Below, piece after piece: positions 7,114-16,021 of a stretch of 16,039 bases of DNA (the stretch's first letter is position 1; every line of letters starts with the position of its first letter). The notes under the pieces were generated by a model. The model was not told where the DNA came from and searched no databases. It was given only the letters and a program-made list of their open reading frames with translations. Position numbers and translations under genes: made by a program. Source of the stretch: Candidatus Helarchaeota archaeon (GTDB lineage Archaea; Asgardarchaeota; Lokiarchaeia; Helarchaeales; RDOG01); the NCBI GenBank assembly GCA_029838215.1, contig JALGVI010000075.1, positions 1 to 16,039 of the forward strand, in the 5' to 3' direction.

Positions 7114-7758
7114 CTACTTGAATTTTTTAACTTCTTCAATCAATCTTGCGGCATTTTTTATAATTGTCAATTCATCACGGTCCAATTCTTCTAAATAATT
7201 GTCCAAATAGGTTATAGTTTCATCATAATCAGGAATAATTTTGAATTCAAGAGCATTTAATCGTTTTGTTGTTTTTGAGATTTCAGCCGCTAATCGAAAA
7301 ATTCCATTTTCAATTCCTGCCAACTGAACTAATTTTAAAAGTGCATCCCGGAAATTTTCTTCCACGGCATCTAGATGGATGCTCGTGCGGAAAAAACCAT
7401 AATCGGGGAAATCCTTTCCAGAAGTTTCTGTAATAATAATGTCAGGTACTACAATTCCCATAAAACTTTGCTCATGAAGTTCCATCTTGATAAAAGAACG
7501 TTGAGAACTATCCGCCAATCGGTTCATTTCATCCAATCCCATTTCAATATTAACGAGCTCAAGTGCTTTAAAACCCTTCGCCATGAGGTCCTCGAGATCG
7601 GTCCTCAATTTTTTGGCTTCAATCTTGAGTTCCTTTAACTTCTGAATCAGGACAGTCCGTTTTTCATCAAGGAGTTGATGGGCTTTTTTCAAGAAATTTA
7701 GATCCTTGTTTAGCTCAAGCAAGAAACCTTGTGTAGGGTTTACTTTCAAGATGGTCAT
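7114..7758 (-). CDS. atpD: A/V-type ATPase rotor subunit D
   Basis: Contains VNPTQGFLLEL...AHQLLDEKR and EISKTTKRLNALEFKIIP....I..L.ELDRDE; 214 aa. Confidence 0.96.
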   Translation of the reverse strand: MTILKVNPTQGFLLELNKDLNFLKKAHQLLDEKRTVLIQKLKELKIEAKKLRTDLEDLMAKGFKALELVNIEMGLDEMNRLADSSQRSFIKMELHEQSFMGIVVPDIIITETSGKDFPDYGFFRTSIHLDAVEENFRDALLKLVQLAGIENGIFRLAAEISKTTKRLNALEFKIIPDYDETITYLDNYLEELDRDELTIIKNAARLIEEVKKFK

Positions 7759-7779
7759 TAATATCAGTCTTTTTTCATT

Positions 7780-9183
7780 CTAAATATGTTTGTCGGGAGG
7801 AACTTTTCCCAACCGATAATATTTCTCAATGTATTCATCCTTTATCCGAGTTAATTCCGTGTCAGGAATTGTACTGATGACATCCCAACCAACATCTAAT
7901 GTATCAATAAAGTTTCTATTTTCATTCAACCCCTGCTTGATATATCGCTGGATGAATAATTCATTAAATTTAAGATATTGTCTATCAAGTTGAGAAAGTT
8001 CGTCTGCACCAATAATATTAGCTAGAGATTCAACTTCCTTTGCTTTTGCATACGCTGCATATAATTGACTTGCCAAATCTGCGTGGTCCTCCCGAGTAAG
8101 ACCTTTTCCAATACCAGATTTCATTAATCGCGATAGTGAAGAGAGAATATCAATGGGAGGATATACTCCAGCCATGTGAAGCCCACGGTCCAATGTTATT
8201 TGACCTTCCGTGATGTATCCAGTTAAATCAGGAATGGGATGACCGATGTCATCATTGGGCATTGTTAAGATAGGGATTTGGGTGATTGTCCCTTTTTTCC
8301 CTTTAATCCGACCTGCTCGTTCGTAAATGGATGCCAAATCGGTATATAGATAACCAGGGTATCCTTTTCTACTAGGAATTTCGCCTTTGGCAGATGAAAC
8401 TTCTCTCAATGCTTCAGCATAACTTGTCATGTCAGTTAAGATGACTAAAACGTGCATGTCTTTTTTGAATGCCAGGTATTCTGCAACGGTTAAAGCGATT
8501 CTCGGAGTTATTAATCGTTCCGTGGGCGGGTCTTCGGCGAGATTTAAAAACATAACCACGTCTTTAAATGCGCCCGATTTTTCAAAATTCGTTTTAAAGA
8601 AATCGGCAGTGGCATGTTTTAGCCCCATTGCTGCAAAAACGACAACGAATTGCTCTTTCTTTTCTATGATTGTTGCTTGACGTGCAATTTGAGCAGCCAA
8701 TTCAGAATGTGGAAGACCTGCACCCGAGAAAATCGGCAATTTTTGTCCCCGGACTAGTGTATTGAGTCCATCTATTCCCGAGATTCCTGTCTGAATTGAT
8801 TCGCGGGGGTATTCTCGCGAAATGGGGTTTATCGGACTTGAGTTTATGTCCCGGAGTTCACCGTGCGTGATTTCGGATCCACCATCAATGGGCTTACCAA
8901 ATCCATTGAATATTCTCCCGAGCATTTTTTCAGAAACTCGAACCTCCAAGGGTTTTCCGTGGAATCGAACGCTTGTTTCAGATAGAGAAAGTCCAGAAGT
9001 TCCCGTAAAAACTTCAATCATCACGTACTTGATGCCAGCTTCGAGCACCCGCCCATATCGGATGTTACCATCAATACCTCGAATTTCTGCAATGTCATCA
9101 TATCCAACGTCAATGGCACCTTCAAGAAAAATTAAAGGACCTTGAACCTTAGATACGCCTTTATAGATAAGATATTCGCTCAT
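7780..9183 (-). CDS. atpB: A/V-type ATPase subunit B
   Basis: Contains [69 protein letters not shown] and SLSRLM. I prefer the ATG at 9183 (MSEYL), 1 bp after the subunit A stop, over 9210. Confidence 0.98.
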   Translation of the reverse strand: MSEYLIYKGVSKVQGPLIFLEGAIDVGYDDIAEIRGIDGNIRYGRVLEAGIKYVMIEVFTGTSGLSLSETSVRFHGKPLEVRVSEKMLGRIFNGFGKPIDGGSEITHGELRDINSSPINPISREYPRESIQTGISGIDGLNTLVRGQKLPIFSGAGLPHSELAAQIARQATIIEKKEQFVVVFAAMGLKHATADFFKTNFEKSGAFKDVVMFLNLAEDPPTERLITPRIALTVAEYLAFKKDMHVLVILTDMTSYAEALREVSSAKGEIPSRKGYPGYLYTDLASIYERAGRIKGKKGTITQIPILTMPNDDIGHPIPDLTGYITEGQITLDRGLHMAGVYPPIDILSSLSRLMKSGIGKGLTREDHADLASQLYAAYAKAKEVESLANIIGADELSQLDRQYLKFNELFIQRYIKQGLNENRNFIDTLDVGWDVISTIPDTELTRIKDEYIEKYYRLGKVPPDKHI

Positions 9184-9184
9184 T

Positions 9185-11047
9185 TTATAGTTCACTCCCA
9201 GTAGCATCATAAAACTTACGTTTCTTAATTTCTAATTCGACCCTTTCTCGTTCAATATCTCCCAATTCTTCAAATACCTTGTTTCGTAAATCTTCTATCA
9301 AATCTAAATCATCATTTGGGATTGTCGACTTCATTTTTTCTAACTCTATAATAAACGGTAAAGAGATGACTCGATAAATGGGAACTCGATTTTCAATTAA
9401 TCTTTTTTGAGTGAAATCATAGAAATCAATGATTAATTTTAACATTTTATATTGTTTTTCAGGAGGAGAGTGACAATCCACGGGATCGTATGCGTTTTGG
9501 TTAAGAAAACCATCCTTTATCATGTCACCAACACGTAATATCAATCTTTGAGAGTCAGGTAATGCTTCCATGCCAATCAATTTAACGATTCGTTTGAGTT
9601 CATTCGTTTTTTGCAAGATCGAAATGGCTTTATCGTGATATTCCTTCCAGTCAGAAGAAATATTATCTTGCCACCACTCGGCAACTTGTAATATGTTTTC
9701 AGAATAACTTTGAGTCCAATTGATTGCAGGATAATGCCGGGCATAAGCCAAGTCCTTGTCTAAAGCCCAAAAAACTTCAATTAATTTCTTGGTATTTACG
9801 ACCACGGGGTCCGAAAAATCAGAAGATGGAGGAGAAACAGCACCAATGGCAGTAACGGAACCAGTCTGTTCTTCACCTCCTGATCGCATCACGACCACGT
9901 TTCCCGCTCGCTCATAAAACTCTGCCAAACGCGATGGCAGGTAAGAAGGATAACCGCGTTCTGCAGGAATCTCGTCAAGTCGCCCTGACAATTCCCTCAA
10001 TGCTTCTGCCCATCGGCTCGTGGAATCAGCCATCAGGGCAACATCATACCCCATGTCTCGATAATATTCGGCCATGGTGATTCCCGTGTAAATCGATGCT
10101 TCTCTTGCAGATACAGGCATGTTTGACGTATTCGCGATCAATATCATTCTGTCCATTAGATGTCGTCCTGTTTTGGGATCTGTTAGGCTCGGAAATTCTT
10201 CCAGAATCTCTGCCATCTCATTTCCCCGTTCACCACACCCGATGTAAATGATCACGTCTGCCGCCACCCACTTAGCAAGACTTTGAAGTGTCACGGTTTT
10301 TCCCGAACCGAAACCTCCAGGAATCGCAGCCGCTCCACCATATGTTATTGGAAAAAAAGTATCGATCACGCGATGTCCCGTGATTAACAGCTTATCGTTT
10401 AATAATCTTCTTTTGAAAGGGCGAGGGGTTCTGACGGGCCAATCATGAGTCAATCCTAAATTTATAACAGAACTTTGACTTGAAATACCAAAAGTGCTGC
10501 CAGAAGTCCCTCTAAGTCGAAGAATTTCATCTTTAATTGTATATTCACCTTCAACCGTGACCCACTCAACTTTACCTTCAATCCCGGGCGGTATCATTAT
10601 TCGATGTTCAAAAAAATCATTTTCAAGAACCGTTCCTATTATATCTCCGCCCGAAACACGATCTTCGTTTTTTAACAGGGGTTTAAAATGCCATTTCTTT
10701 TTAGAAGAAAGTGGTTCAGTCGTTGCACCTCGCTTAATGAATGCACCCATTGCTTCCATTATTTGAGGTAACGGTCGTTGGATTCCATCAAACACGCTCC
10801 CTAGCAATCCTGGACCTAAAGTGACACTTAAGGGTTTATCGGTTGTTATGATCGTATCCCCGGGTTTCAAACCACTTGTCTCTTCATATACTTGAACATA
10901 GATCACGTCATTTTCTAACTTTATGATTTCACCTATGAGCTTCTCGGGACCGACACCAACAATCTCGTGCATTTTTGTATTCCGTAATTCTTCACCATAT
11001 CCTTTAATCAAAGGACCTGAAACCCAAATTACTTTACCCTGTGCCAT
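9185..11047 (-). CDS. atpA: A/V-type ATPase catalytic subunit A (no intein)
   Basis: Contains Walker [54 protein letters not shown] and RHYPAINW. The 620-aa ORF is continuous. Confidence 0.98.
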   Translation of the reverse strand: MAQGKVIWVSGPLIKGYGEELRNTKMHEIVGVGPEKLIGEIIKLENDVIYVQVYEETSGLKPGDTIITTDKPLSVTLGPGLLGSVFDGIQRPLPQIMEAMGAFIKRGATTEPLSSKKKWHFKPLLKNEDRVSGGDIIGTVLENDFFEHRIMIPPGIEGKVEWVTVEGEYTIKDEILRLRGTSGSTFGISSQSSVINLGLTHDWPVRTPRPFKRRLLNDKLLITGHRVIDTFFPITYGGAAAIPGGFGSGKTVTLQSLAKWVAADVIIYIGCGERGNEMAEILEEFPSLTDPKTGRHLMDRMILIANTSNMPVSAREASIYTGITMAEYYRDMGYDVALMADSTSRWAEALRELSGRLDEIPAERGYPSYLPSRLAEFYERAGNVVVMRSGGEEQTGSVTAIGAVSPPSSDFSDPVVVNTKKLIEVFWALDKDLAYARHYPAINWTQSYSENILQVAEWWQDNISSDWKEYHDKAISILQKTNELKRIVKLIGMEALPDSQRLILRVGDMIKDGFLNQNAYDPVDCHSPPEKQYKMLKLIIDFYDFTQKRLIENRVPIYRVISLPFIIELEKMKSTIPNDDLDLIEDLRNKVFEELGDIERERVELEIKKRKFYDATGSEL

Positions 11048-11051
11048 CTTT

Positions 11052-11759
11052 TTAGTCTTCCTCCCACAATCGAGTTGAGAAAAAGTTAAGAATATAATCC
11101 CTATGAACGCTAAGAATTGTTTCTATTCGTTTATCGAATGTAAGTGAATCATCAGCCGTCTTGATCAGGACTCCACCCATTGAATCGGGATCTGCATCCA
11201 GGATCTCGAATTCCAAACCATATTTTTCCTGCAAGGAATCGAGGAATTCCCGCGTGATGAGTTCTTTATCGTTTCTTCGCAAGTAAATCATTAGCCTTTT
11301 ATCCTTGTTGATTCGCAATATTCCGGAAGCATCAACACCATAATATTGCTGAAACACGACCAACTCTTGATTTTCAATTCGATCTTGCAAGATTTGGGTG
11401 ATGTTTTTAACACCTTCTTGAATGAATTTTTCTAAAACTTTCTTATATTCGGGCGTTGTCGTGAAATGCTTTATTTTTTGATTCAGCCGTTGATAAATAT
11501 CATCCAACAATTTAGCGCGATGGTTTAAAATTGCTCTTTTTATTTGAATCTCAGCCAATGACTCCAAACGTCGCACCTGTGTTCGTGCTTCTTCTTTTGC
11601 CTTCTTCATGATCTGGTTTATTTTTTCATTTGCCTCTTCTTCTGCTGATGAGATTATCTTTTTGGCTTGTTTTTCCCCTTCTTTAATGATCAGTAAAGCT
11701 TTTTCTTCTAACTCTTGTAAAACGCTACTATAAACGGGATTTGTATTCTTTTTTTCCAT
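11052..11759 (-). CDS. atpE: A/V-type ATPase peripheral stalk subunit E
   Basis: A long N-terminal coiled coil is followed by Y..VL.KFI.EG and MGGVLI.T.D..LTFD. I prefer the ATG at 11759, with GGTG upstream, over the GTG at 11768. Confidence 0.9.
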   Translation of the reverse strand: MEKKNTNPVYSSVLQELEEKALLIIKEGEKQAKKIISSAEEEANEKINQIMKKAKEEARTQVRRLESLAEIQIKRAILNHRAKLLDDIYQRLNQKIKHFTTTPEYKKVLEKFIQEGVKNITQILQDRIENQELVVFQQYYGVDASGILRINKDKRLMIYLRRNDKELITREFLDSLQEKYGLEFEILDADPDSMGGVLIKTADDSLTFDKRIETILSVHRDYILNFFSTRLWEED

Positions 11760-11777
11760 TTCACACACCGTTCATTC

Positions 11778-12080
11778 TCAGATCCTGAAACCAATGGCTG
11801 ATTTAATGGTATGTTCGAGAGCAAGATAGTCTCTCGGTCCACTCCGATCAGGCACTTCGATAATTAAGGGTATCCGCTTTGTCGTTTTAATTTTATTAAT
11901 ATAGGTTTGTAAGTCTTCATAGATCTTTTCAGTGATGATTAAAATGCCAAAATCTTCTTTTAACAAAAAGGAATTGATTAATTGGCGTGCTTCCCGCTTG
12001 CCGGAAATTATCGTGCCGGGAACCCCCACAAGCTTAAATCCAATGACCGTATCTCTGTCTCCAATGACGTGGATCCACAT
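11778..12080 (-). CDS. atpF: A/V-type ATPase subunit F
   Basis: Contains I.VIGDRDTVIGFKLVGV, FGILIITE and PLIIEVPD; 100 aa. It is the first gene of the cluster. Confidence 0.96.
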   Translation of the reverse strand: MWIHVIGDRDTVIGFKLVGVPGTIISGKREARQLINSFLLKEDFGILIITEKIYEDLQTYINKIKTTKRIPLIIEVPDRSGPRDYLALEHTIKSAIGFRI

Positions 12081-12286
12081 TTAACTCTAACCTATTGAAC
12101 ATGGTATTGATTTCATTTTGCAAGTTATTTAATTCTTGAATCTCTGAAATGATAAATTACAAATTTCACTTTAATCTTATCGTTTCTGCAGATAAAAATA
12201 ATCGTATAACAGTTAATTGATCTTCTATCATGTCTTTCAAAGACGAGCACTTTAGACTCAATAAACAAAAATTTTTTATTTAAATA

Positions 12287-12328
12287 CATGGAAATCAATG
12301 AAAATAACATATAAGAATAATTTCCATG
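12287..12328. repeat. Perfect 9-bp inverted repeat in the divergent ATPase/ClC intergenic region
   Basis: CATGGAAAT (12287-12295), N24, ATTTCCATG (12320-12328). Confidence 0.55.
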
Positions 12329-12488
12329 AGAAAAACTTGGTTTAATTATAAAGATGCTCATATAATTTCTTTTGAAAAACGTAAATCGAAGGTGCCTTAT
12401 CGACGAACCACCTGAACCAGCATAAAATTATCTTTTGCACTTCATTATTTAAGCGAGTTAAATTAGGCGTGAATCATTATTCTGAGAG

Positions 12489-12827
12489 ATGAGTGAATTG
12501 AAATCGTGTAAGAATTGCTATCACCTGCGAACCCATGTAGATAAAGACGGAAACAAATCTTATTTCTGCTACGCTGAAGGCTTTAACAAGAATATAAAGG
12601 ATGAAACAAGTGTTGATTGTTACTATTTTAGAGAGAAAAACAAAGAACCGGAACTTTGCCCGGATTGCCATTCAGTCCGAAGAAGAGACAGCATTTTCTG
12701 TTTACATTGCAAGGTTTTAAAATATCATCAGAAAAAGAAAGAAAATGCAAGTACAAAAGAAGATGTTGATAATAATTTGCCGGGCTACAAGCTACGAAAG
12801 AAAATAAAGGACTACTTGGAACATTAA
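12489..12827 (+). CDS. Small Cys-rich hypothetical protein with a probable zinc ribbon
   Basis: 112 aa with CKNC-x16-C-x16-C and CPDC-x10-CLHC, and a charged C-terminus. It has a TATA-like TTATTTAA upstream and ends 38 bp before ClC. Confidence 0.75.
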   Translation: MSELKSCKNCYHLRTHVDKDGNKSYFCYAEGFNKNIKDETSVDCYYFREKNKEPELCPDCHSVRRRDSIFCLHCKVLKYHQKKKENASTKEDVDNNLPGYKLRKKIKDYLEH

Positions 12828-12865
12828 AGGTTTTTCATCGGTGATTATTAAAAGAAGGTCTTGAG

Positions 12866-14629
12866 ATGCGTGATTGTCTGGAAATGGTTCTTAAAAAAGC
12901 CAAGGAAAGGCTACAACACGGCATTTACCATCATAGATTTCTGTTAATGGTTTTATTATCCATTCTAGTGGGAATTATAGGCGGCTTGGGTGCAGTTATT
13001 TTTAGACTAATGGTAATATTAAATCAATTCTTATTTAGCATTATTCCCACCATTTTTGGACCGGTTTTCATTTTTCTAATGCCAACGATAGGAGGTTTGC
13101 TTGCGGGAATTCTCATCTCTAAGTTGGGAAAAGAAACAAAAGGAAATGGAGTTCCCGAAATAATGGAAGCCATGGCATTAAAAGGAGGACGTATCAGGAA
13201 AAGAGTTGCTCCCTTGAAAATTCTAGTTTCCAGCATTACGATTGGTTCGGGAGGATCTGCAGGTAGAGAGGGTCCAATTGCACAAATAGGGGCAAGTAGT
13301 GGTTCAACAATCGCTCAGATTACAAGGCTTGATGAGAACAACACGAAAATCTTGGTGGCGTGCGGGACAGCAGCAGGAATTGCAGCAACATTCAATGCCC
13401 CCTTTGGTGGACTTCTGTTTGGAATCGAAGTAATATTGAGCATGACCAGACTAAATGCCAAGATCTTGATCAACATGGTGATCTCTGTTATCGTGGCAAA
13501 TTTCATTTCAATCTTATTTCTGGGTAATAATCCTGCATTCATCATCGGACAGACTTTCGCCTTTGTCAATCCATTCGAAATCTTTCTATATTTTCTTTTT
13601 GGCGTCATAATGGGCTTTTTTGGCATCTTTTGGGTCAAATTTCTTTATTTTTTTGAAAGGAAATTCGATAGCTTGAAAATTCCCGATTATCTTAAATCCA
13701 CAATTGGTGGTTTAGGAGTTGGCTTGATAGGCATTTTTTTCAGCACGCAAGTGATGGGAGTGGGCTATCCGACAATTGAACTGACACTGATAGGGAGCAT
13801 ACCATTTTGGTTTCTTCTGCCGCTCAGTCTCTTTAAGATGGTAGTCACATCGCTAACGATAGGAAGTGGCGGTAGCGGAGGTGTATTTGCTTCATCTCTT
13901 TTCATAGGTGCCACGTTTGGAGGATTCATCGGAGTGCTTTTTTTCTTGGGTTTTCCGGGTCTGGTTTCACAACCAATGGCTTATGCCCTGGTAGGAATGG
14001 GTGCCTTATTCGCAGGAGTCGCACGTTCTCCATTAACTTGCATTATCATGACAATTGAGATGACATCAGACTACTTGCTGATCATTCCATTAATGACTAG
14101 CTGCATCACGAGTTACATGATAAATGCCGTCGTCATGAAAGATGAAAACATATACACAAAAAAACTATTGAATAGAGGAATTAGAATAAAATATAACTTC
14201 TATACAGACATATACGATGACATAGAAGTTGGGGAAATAATGACAAGGAAAGTCGTCACGATTGGAGAAGATGTAAGCGTTGCAGACGTGCTGAAAATGA
14301 TGGAAATGGATAAACACATGGGTTACCCTGTCGTGAATGATAAAGGAGAATTTGTCGGATTTATAGCATTTGAAAACGTGAGAAAAGCCGTTTTGCAAGG
14401 AAATCAGGACTTGCTCATTAAGGACATATGCAATCGCAAGCTCATCGTATTATTTGAAGACGATACGATTCACGAAGCAATGATTAAGATGTTGCGGCAT
14501 AATGTGGTCATGTTGCCCGTCGTCGATAGAGAAAAACCAACAAATTTGATCGGATTAATCTCACGGTTCGACGTGATGAGAGCCCACGAACTCGAGTCGA
14601 TGAAATTGCAACTAGAAAAAAGAGAATGA
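12866..14629 (+). CDS. ClC (EriC-type) chloride channel / Cl-:H+ antiporter family protein with a C-terminal CBS pair
   Basis: Contains GNGVPE, GSAGREGP, FNAPFGG..F.IE, GGVFAS and NIYT, then VGEIM...V, GYPVV and LPVVD...LIGLISRFD (two CBS domains). An alternative start is the ATG at 12884. Confidence 0.96.
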   Translation: MRDCLEMVLKKAKERLQHGIYHHRFLLMVLLSILVGIIGGLGAVIFRLMVILNQFLFSIIPTIFGPVFIFLMPTIGGLLAGILISKLGKETKGNGVPEIMEAMALKGGRIRKRVAPLKILVSSITIGSGGSAGREGPIAQIGASSGSTIAQITRLDENNTKILVACGTAAGIAATFNAPFGGLLFGIEVILSMTRLNAKILINMVISVIVANFISILFLGNNPAFIIGQTFAFVNPFEIFLYFLFGVIMGFFGIFWVKFLYFFERKFDSLKIPDYLKSTIGGLGVGLIGIFFSTQVMGVGYPTIELTLIGSIPFWFLLPLSLFKMVVTSLTIGSGGSGGVFASSLFIGATFGGFIGVLFFLGFPGLVSQPMAYALVGMGALFAGVARSPLTCIIMTIEMTSDYLLIIPLMTSCITSYMINAVVMKDENIYTKKLLNRGIRIKYNFYTDIYDDIEVGEIMTRKVVTIGEDVSVADVLKMMEMDKHMGYPVVNDKGEFVGFIAFENVRKAVLQGNQDLLIKDICNRKLIVLFEDDTIHEAMIKMLRHNVVMLPVVDREKPTNLIGLISRFDVMRAHELESMKLQLEKRE

Positions 14630-14658
14630 CAACAGTTTGCATGTAGAATTTCTTCAAT

Positions 14659-15357
14659 TTAACAAATTTCTTTGAAAATGCTTTTAATTAACATCCTTGT
14701 CTTTTCTATTTCCTTTTCGACATCTGTTTTTAATGAAAAAACACCTTTAAGCGAATTTGTTAGACTTTGATCTTTTAACCTATTGATAATCATTTCTAAT
14801 TGTGTCCTGAATTTCTCAGGGGATCCTCTTCTGCAATGAGACATGATTTTTTCAAGGGAAACACCTTCATTTAACGCGATTATGTCCCTAATGTCCGTTT
14901 TTCTACCAGAATGGATCTTAAAAGCGATCATGAGTTCCTTCTCTGGAGTTGTACAAATTACGGAGCCCATCAATCCAGAAATTGTCGTTGCAAGAGAATG
15001 CTCTAGGATGTAATTATGAGTCCAAACAGCATCAGTATTCCTGCAAACAAGGCTATCGATCATGACATCAATAGTTATGGGAAGATGTTCAATTTCCTTC
15101 TTGTAACTTATAAATTCCCCACCATATTTTTTATCAAATCCCTTTTTTCGCACGATTTCTTTGAACCCCAGTCCTTCTAGGAAATTCTTAAGAGTCTTAG
15201 AATCACGCTTTGATAAAATTATATCACAATCTACGGAAAATCTATGCCTGGCAAGACCGCTCACAGCATACCCACCAACTACTATAAATTTAAAATTTTT
15301 TTCTGTAAGTTTCTGTAACGTCTTGATAATTTCGCCTTCTCTTTCAAAAAATGCCAT
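14659..15357 (-). CDS. Pol-beta superfamily nucleotidyltransferase, AbiEii/DUF1814-like putative type IV toxin
   Basis: Contains VVGGYAV....RFSVDCDII (GG..DxD NTase motif) and the C-terminal K.HSGRKTDIRDI resembling the K...R..D..D motif. The start is coupled to the upstream stop (TGA-C-ATG). Confidence 0.8.
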   Translation of the reverse strand: MAFFEREGEIIKTLQKLTEKNFKFIVVGGYAVSGLARHRFSVDCDIILSKRDSKTLKNFLEGLGFKEIVRKKGFDKKYGGEFISYKKEIEHLPITIDVMIDSLVCRNTDAVWTHNYILEHSLATTISGLMGSVICTTPEKELMIAFKIHSGRKTDIRDIIALNEGVSLEKIMSHCRRGSPEKFRTQLEMIINRLKDQSLTNSLKGVFSLKTDVEKEIEKTRMLIKSIFKEIC

Positions 15358-15358
15358 G

Positions 15359-15991
15359 TCATTCCCTTGAATTGATTCTTAATTTATTATTCTTAATATT
15401 TAATCCCAGATCATGCAATTCATCCATCATTTCTAAGGCAGGTTCATATGAATAAATTCTCTTTTGACAAAATTCGATTGTCTCTTTTAAGGGCTGAACC
15501 CTGTAATTATCAATGGTTTCTACTTTGAAATCCTTGCCAACATATAGAACATAAAAAATTCCAAAAAGTGTTTCTTTCACTTCATTCCCTTCTATGAAAA
15601 ATCGCTGCTTTTCTGATTTAAAGAATTTTTTCCATTTGATTAAATCCTGATTCTTAATTTTAAGATGAATGGGATAAAATCCAAAAAATCTATCTACAAT
15701 ATATCCACCCTTGGTCCAAAAAAATACCGCATCGGGTCCTGTAAATGCGTATTTCATCCCACTTCTTTTTAATAGAGCATAAGCTTTAGTAATATTCACT
15801 TTTTTTGCCAAGTATTCCGCAGGAGAATTTACTTTGTATCGACCCCATTCTATTCTTTCTAACAAATCTTTCTTTGTCATGTCATGTAGGACCTTATTTG
15901 GATTTGGACTTATAAAAACAGACGAAAACTCTTTGGTTGTAAACTCCCGCCTCCAATTCACCAAAATATTCCATAATTCGTAATATCGCAT
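15359..15991 (-). CDS. Winged-HTH protein, AbiEi-like putative antitoxin/transcriptional regulator
   Basis: The N-terminal FTTKEF...NKVLHDMTKKDLLERIEWGRYKV fits a wHTH with a wing, followed by YAFTGPDAV..WT, similar in pattern to the AbiEi C-terminal domain. It lies directly upstream of the NTase. Confidence 0.65.
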   Translation of the reverse strand: MRYYELWNILVNWRREFTTKEFSSVFISPNPNKVLHDMTKKDLLERIEWGRYKVNSPAEYLAKKVNITKAYALLKRSGMKYAFTGPDAVFFWTKGGYIVDRFFGFYPIHLKIKNQDLIKWKKFFKSEKQRFFIEGNEVKETLFGIFYVLYVGKDFKVETIDNYRVQPLKETIEFCQKRIYSYEPALEMMDELHDLGLNIKNNKLRINSRE

Positions 15992-16021
15992 ATTATTACT
16001 ATAGCGGTAAGAATTTAAAAA
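15992..16021 (-). promoter_or_regulatory. Putative archaeal promoter (TATA) with an imperfect palindromic operator for the wHTH-NTase operon
   Basis: Minus-strand TTTTTAAA (16021-16014) lies 22 nt before the ATG, a leaderless spacing. ATTATTAC-N7-GTAAGAAT (15992-16014) is a 7/8 inverted repeat. Confidence 0.4.

Noticed and set aside
2949-11047. Plus-strand ORFs antisense to ATPase genes (2949, 3323, 3469, 4037, 4069, 5714, 5863, 6662, 7375, 8429, 8822, 10494) and 3665..3871 (-)
   Set aside because: These are shadow frames of well-supported genes, with Ser/Ile/Phe-rich antisense composition.
9185-11047. Intein in subunit A
   Set aside because: The known insertion regions (Walker A and GCGERGNE) are uninterrupted, and the length is only 620 aa.
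12125-12361. 78-aa minus-strand ORF upstream of F as an extra ATPase gene
   Set aside because: It lies in very AT-rich sequence with Ile/Phe/Lys-biased codons, no motif, and no SD or coupling, and it overlaps the likely promoter repeats. It cannot be fully excluded without ribosome profiling.
12477-15370. ORFs 12477..12671, 13024..13236, 13315..13638, 14165..14398 (-) and 15161..15370 (+)
   Set aside because: They are antisense shadows of the Cys-rich, ClC and NTase genes.
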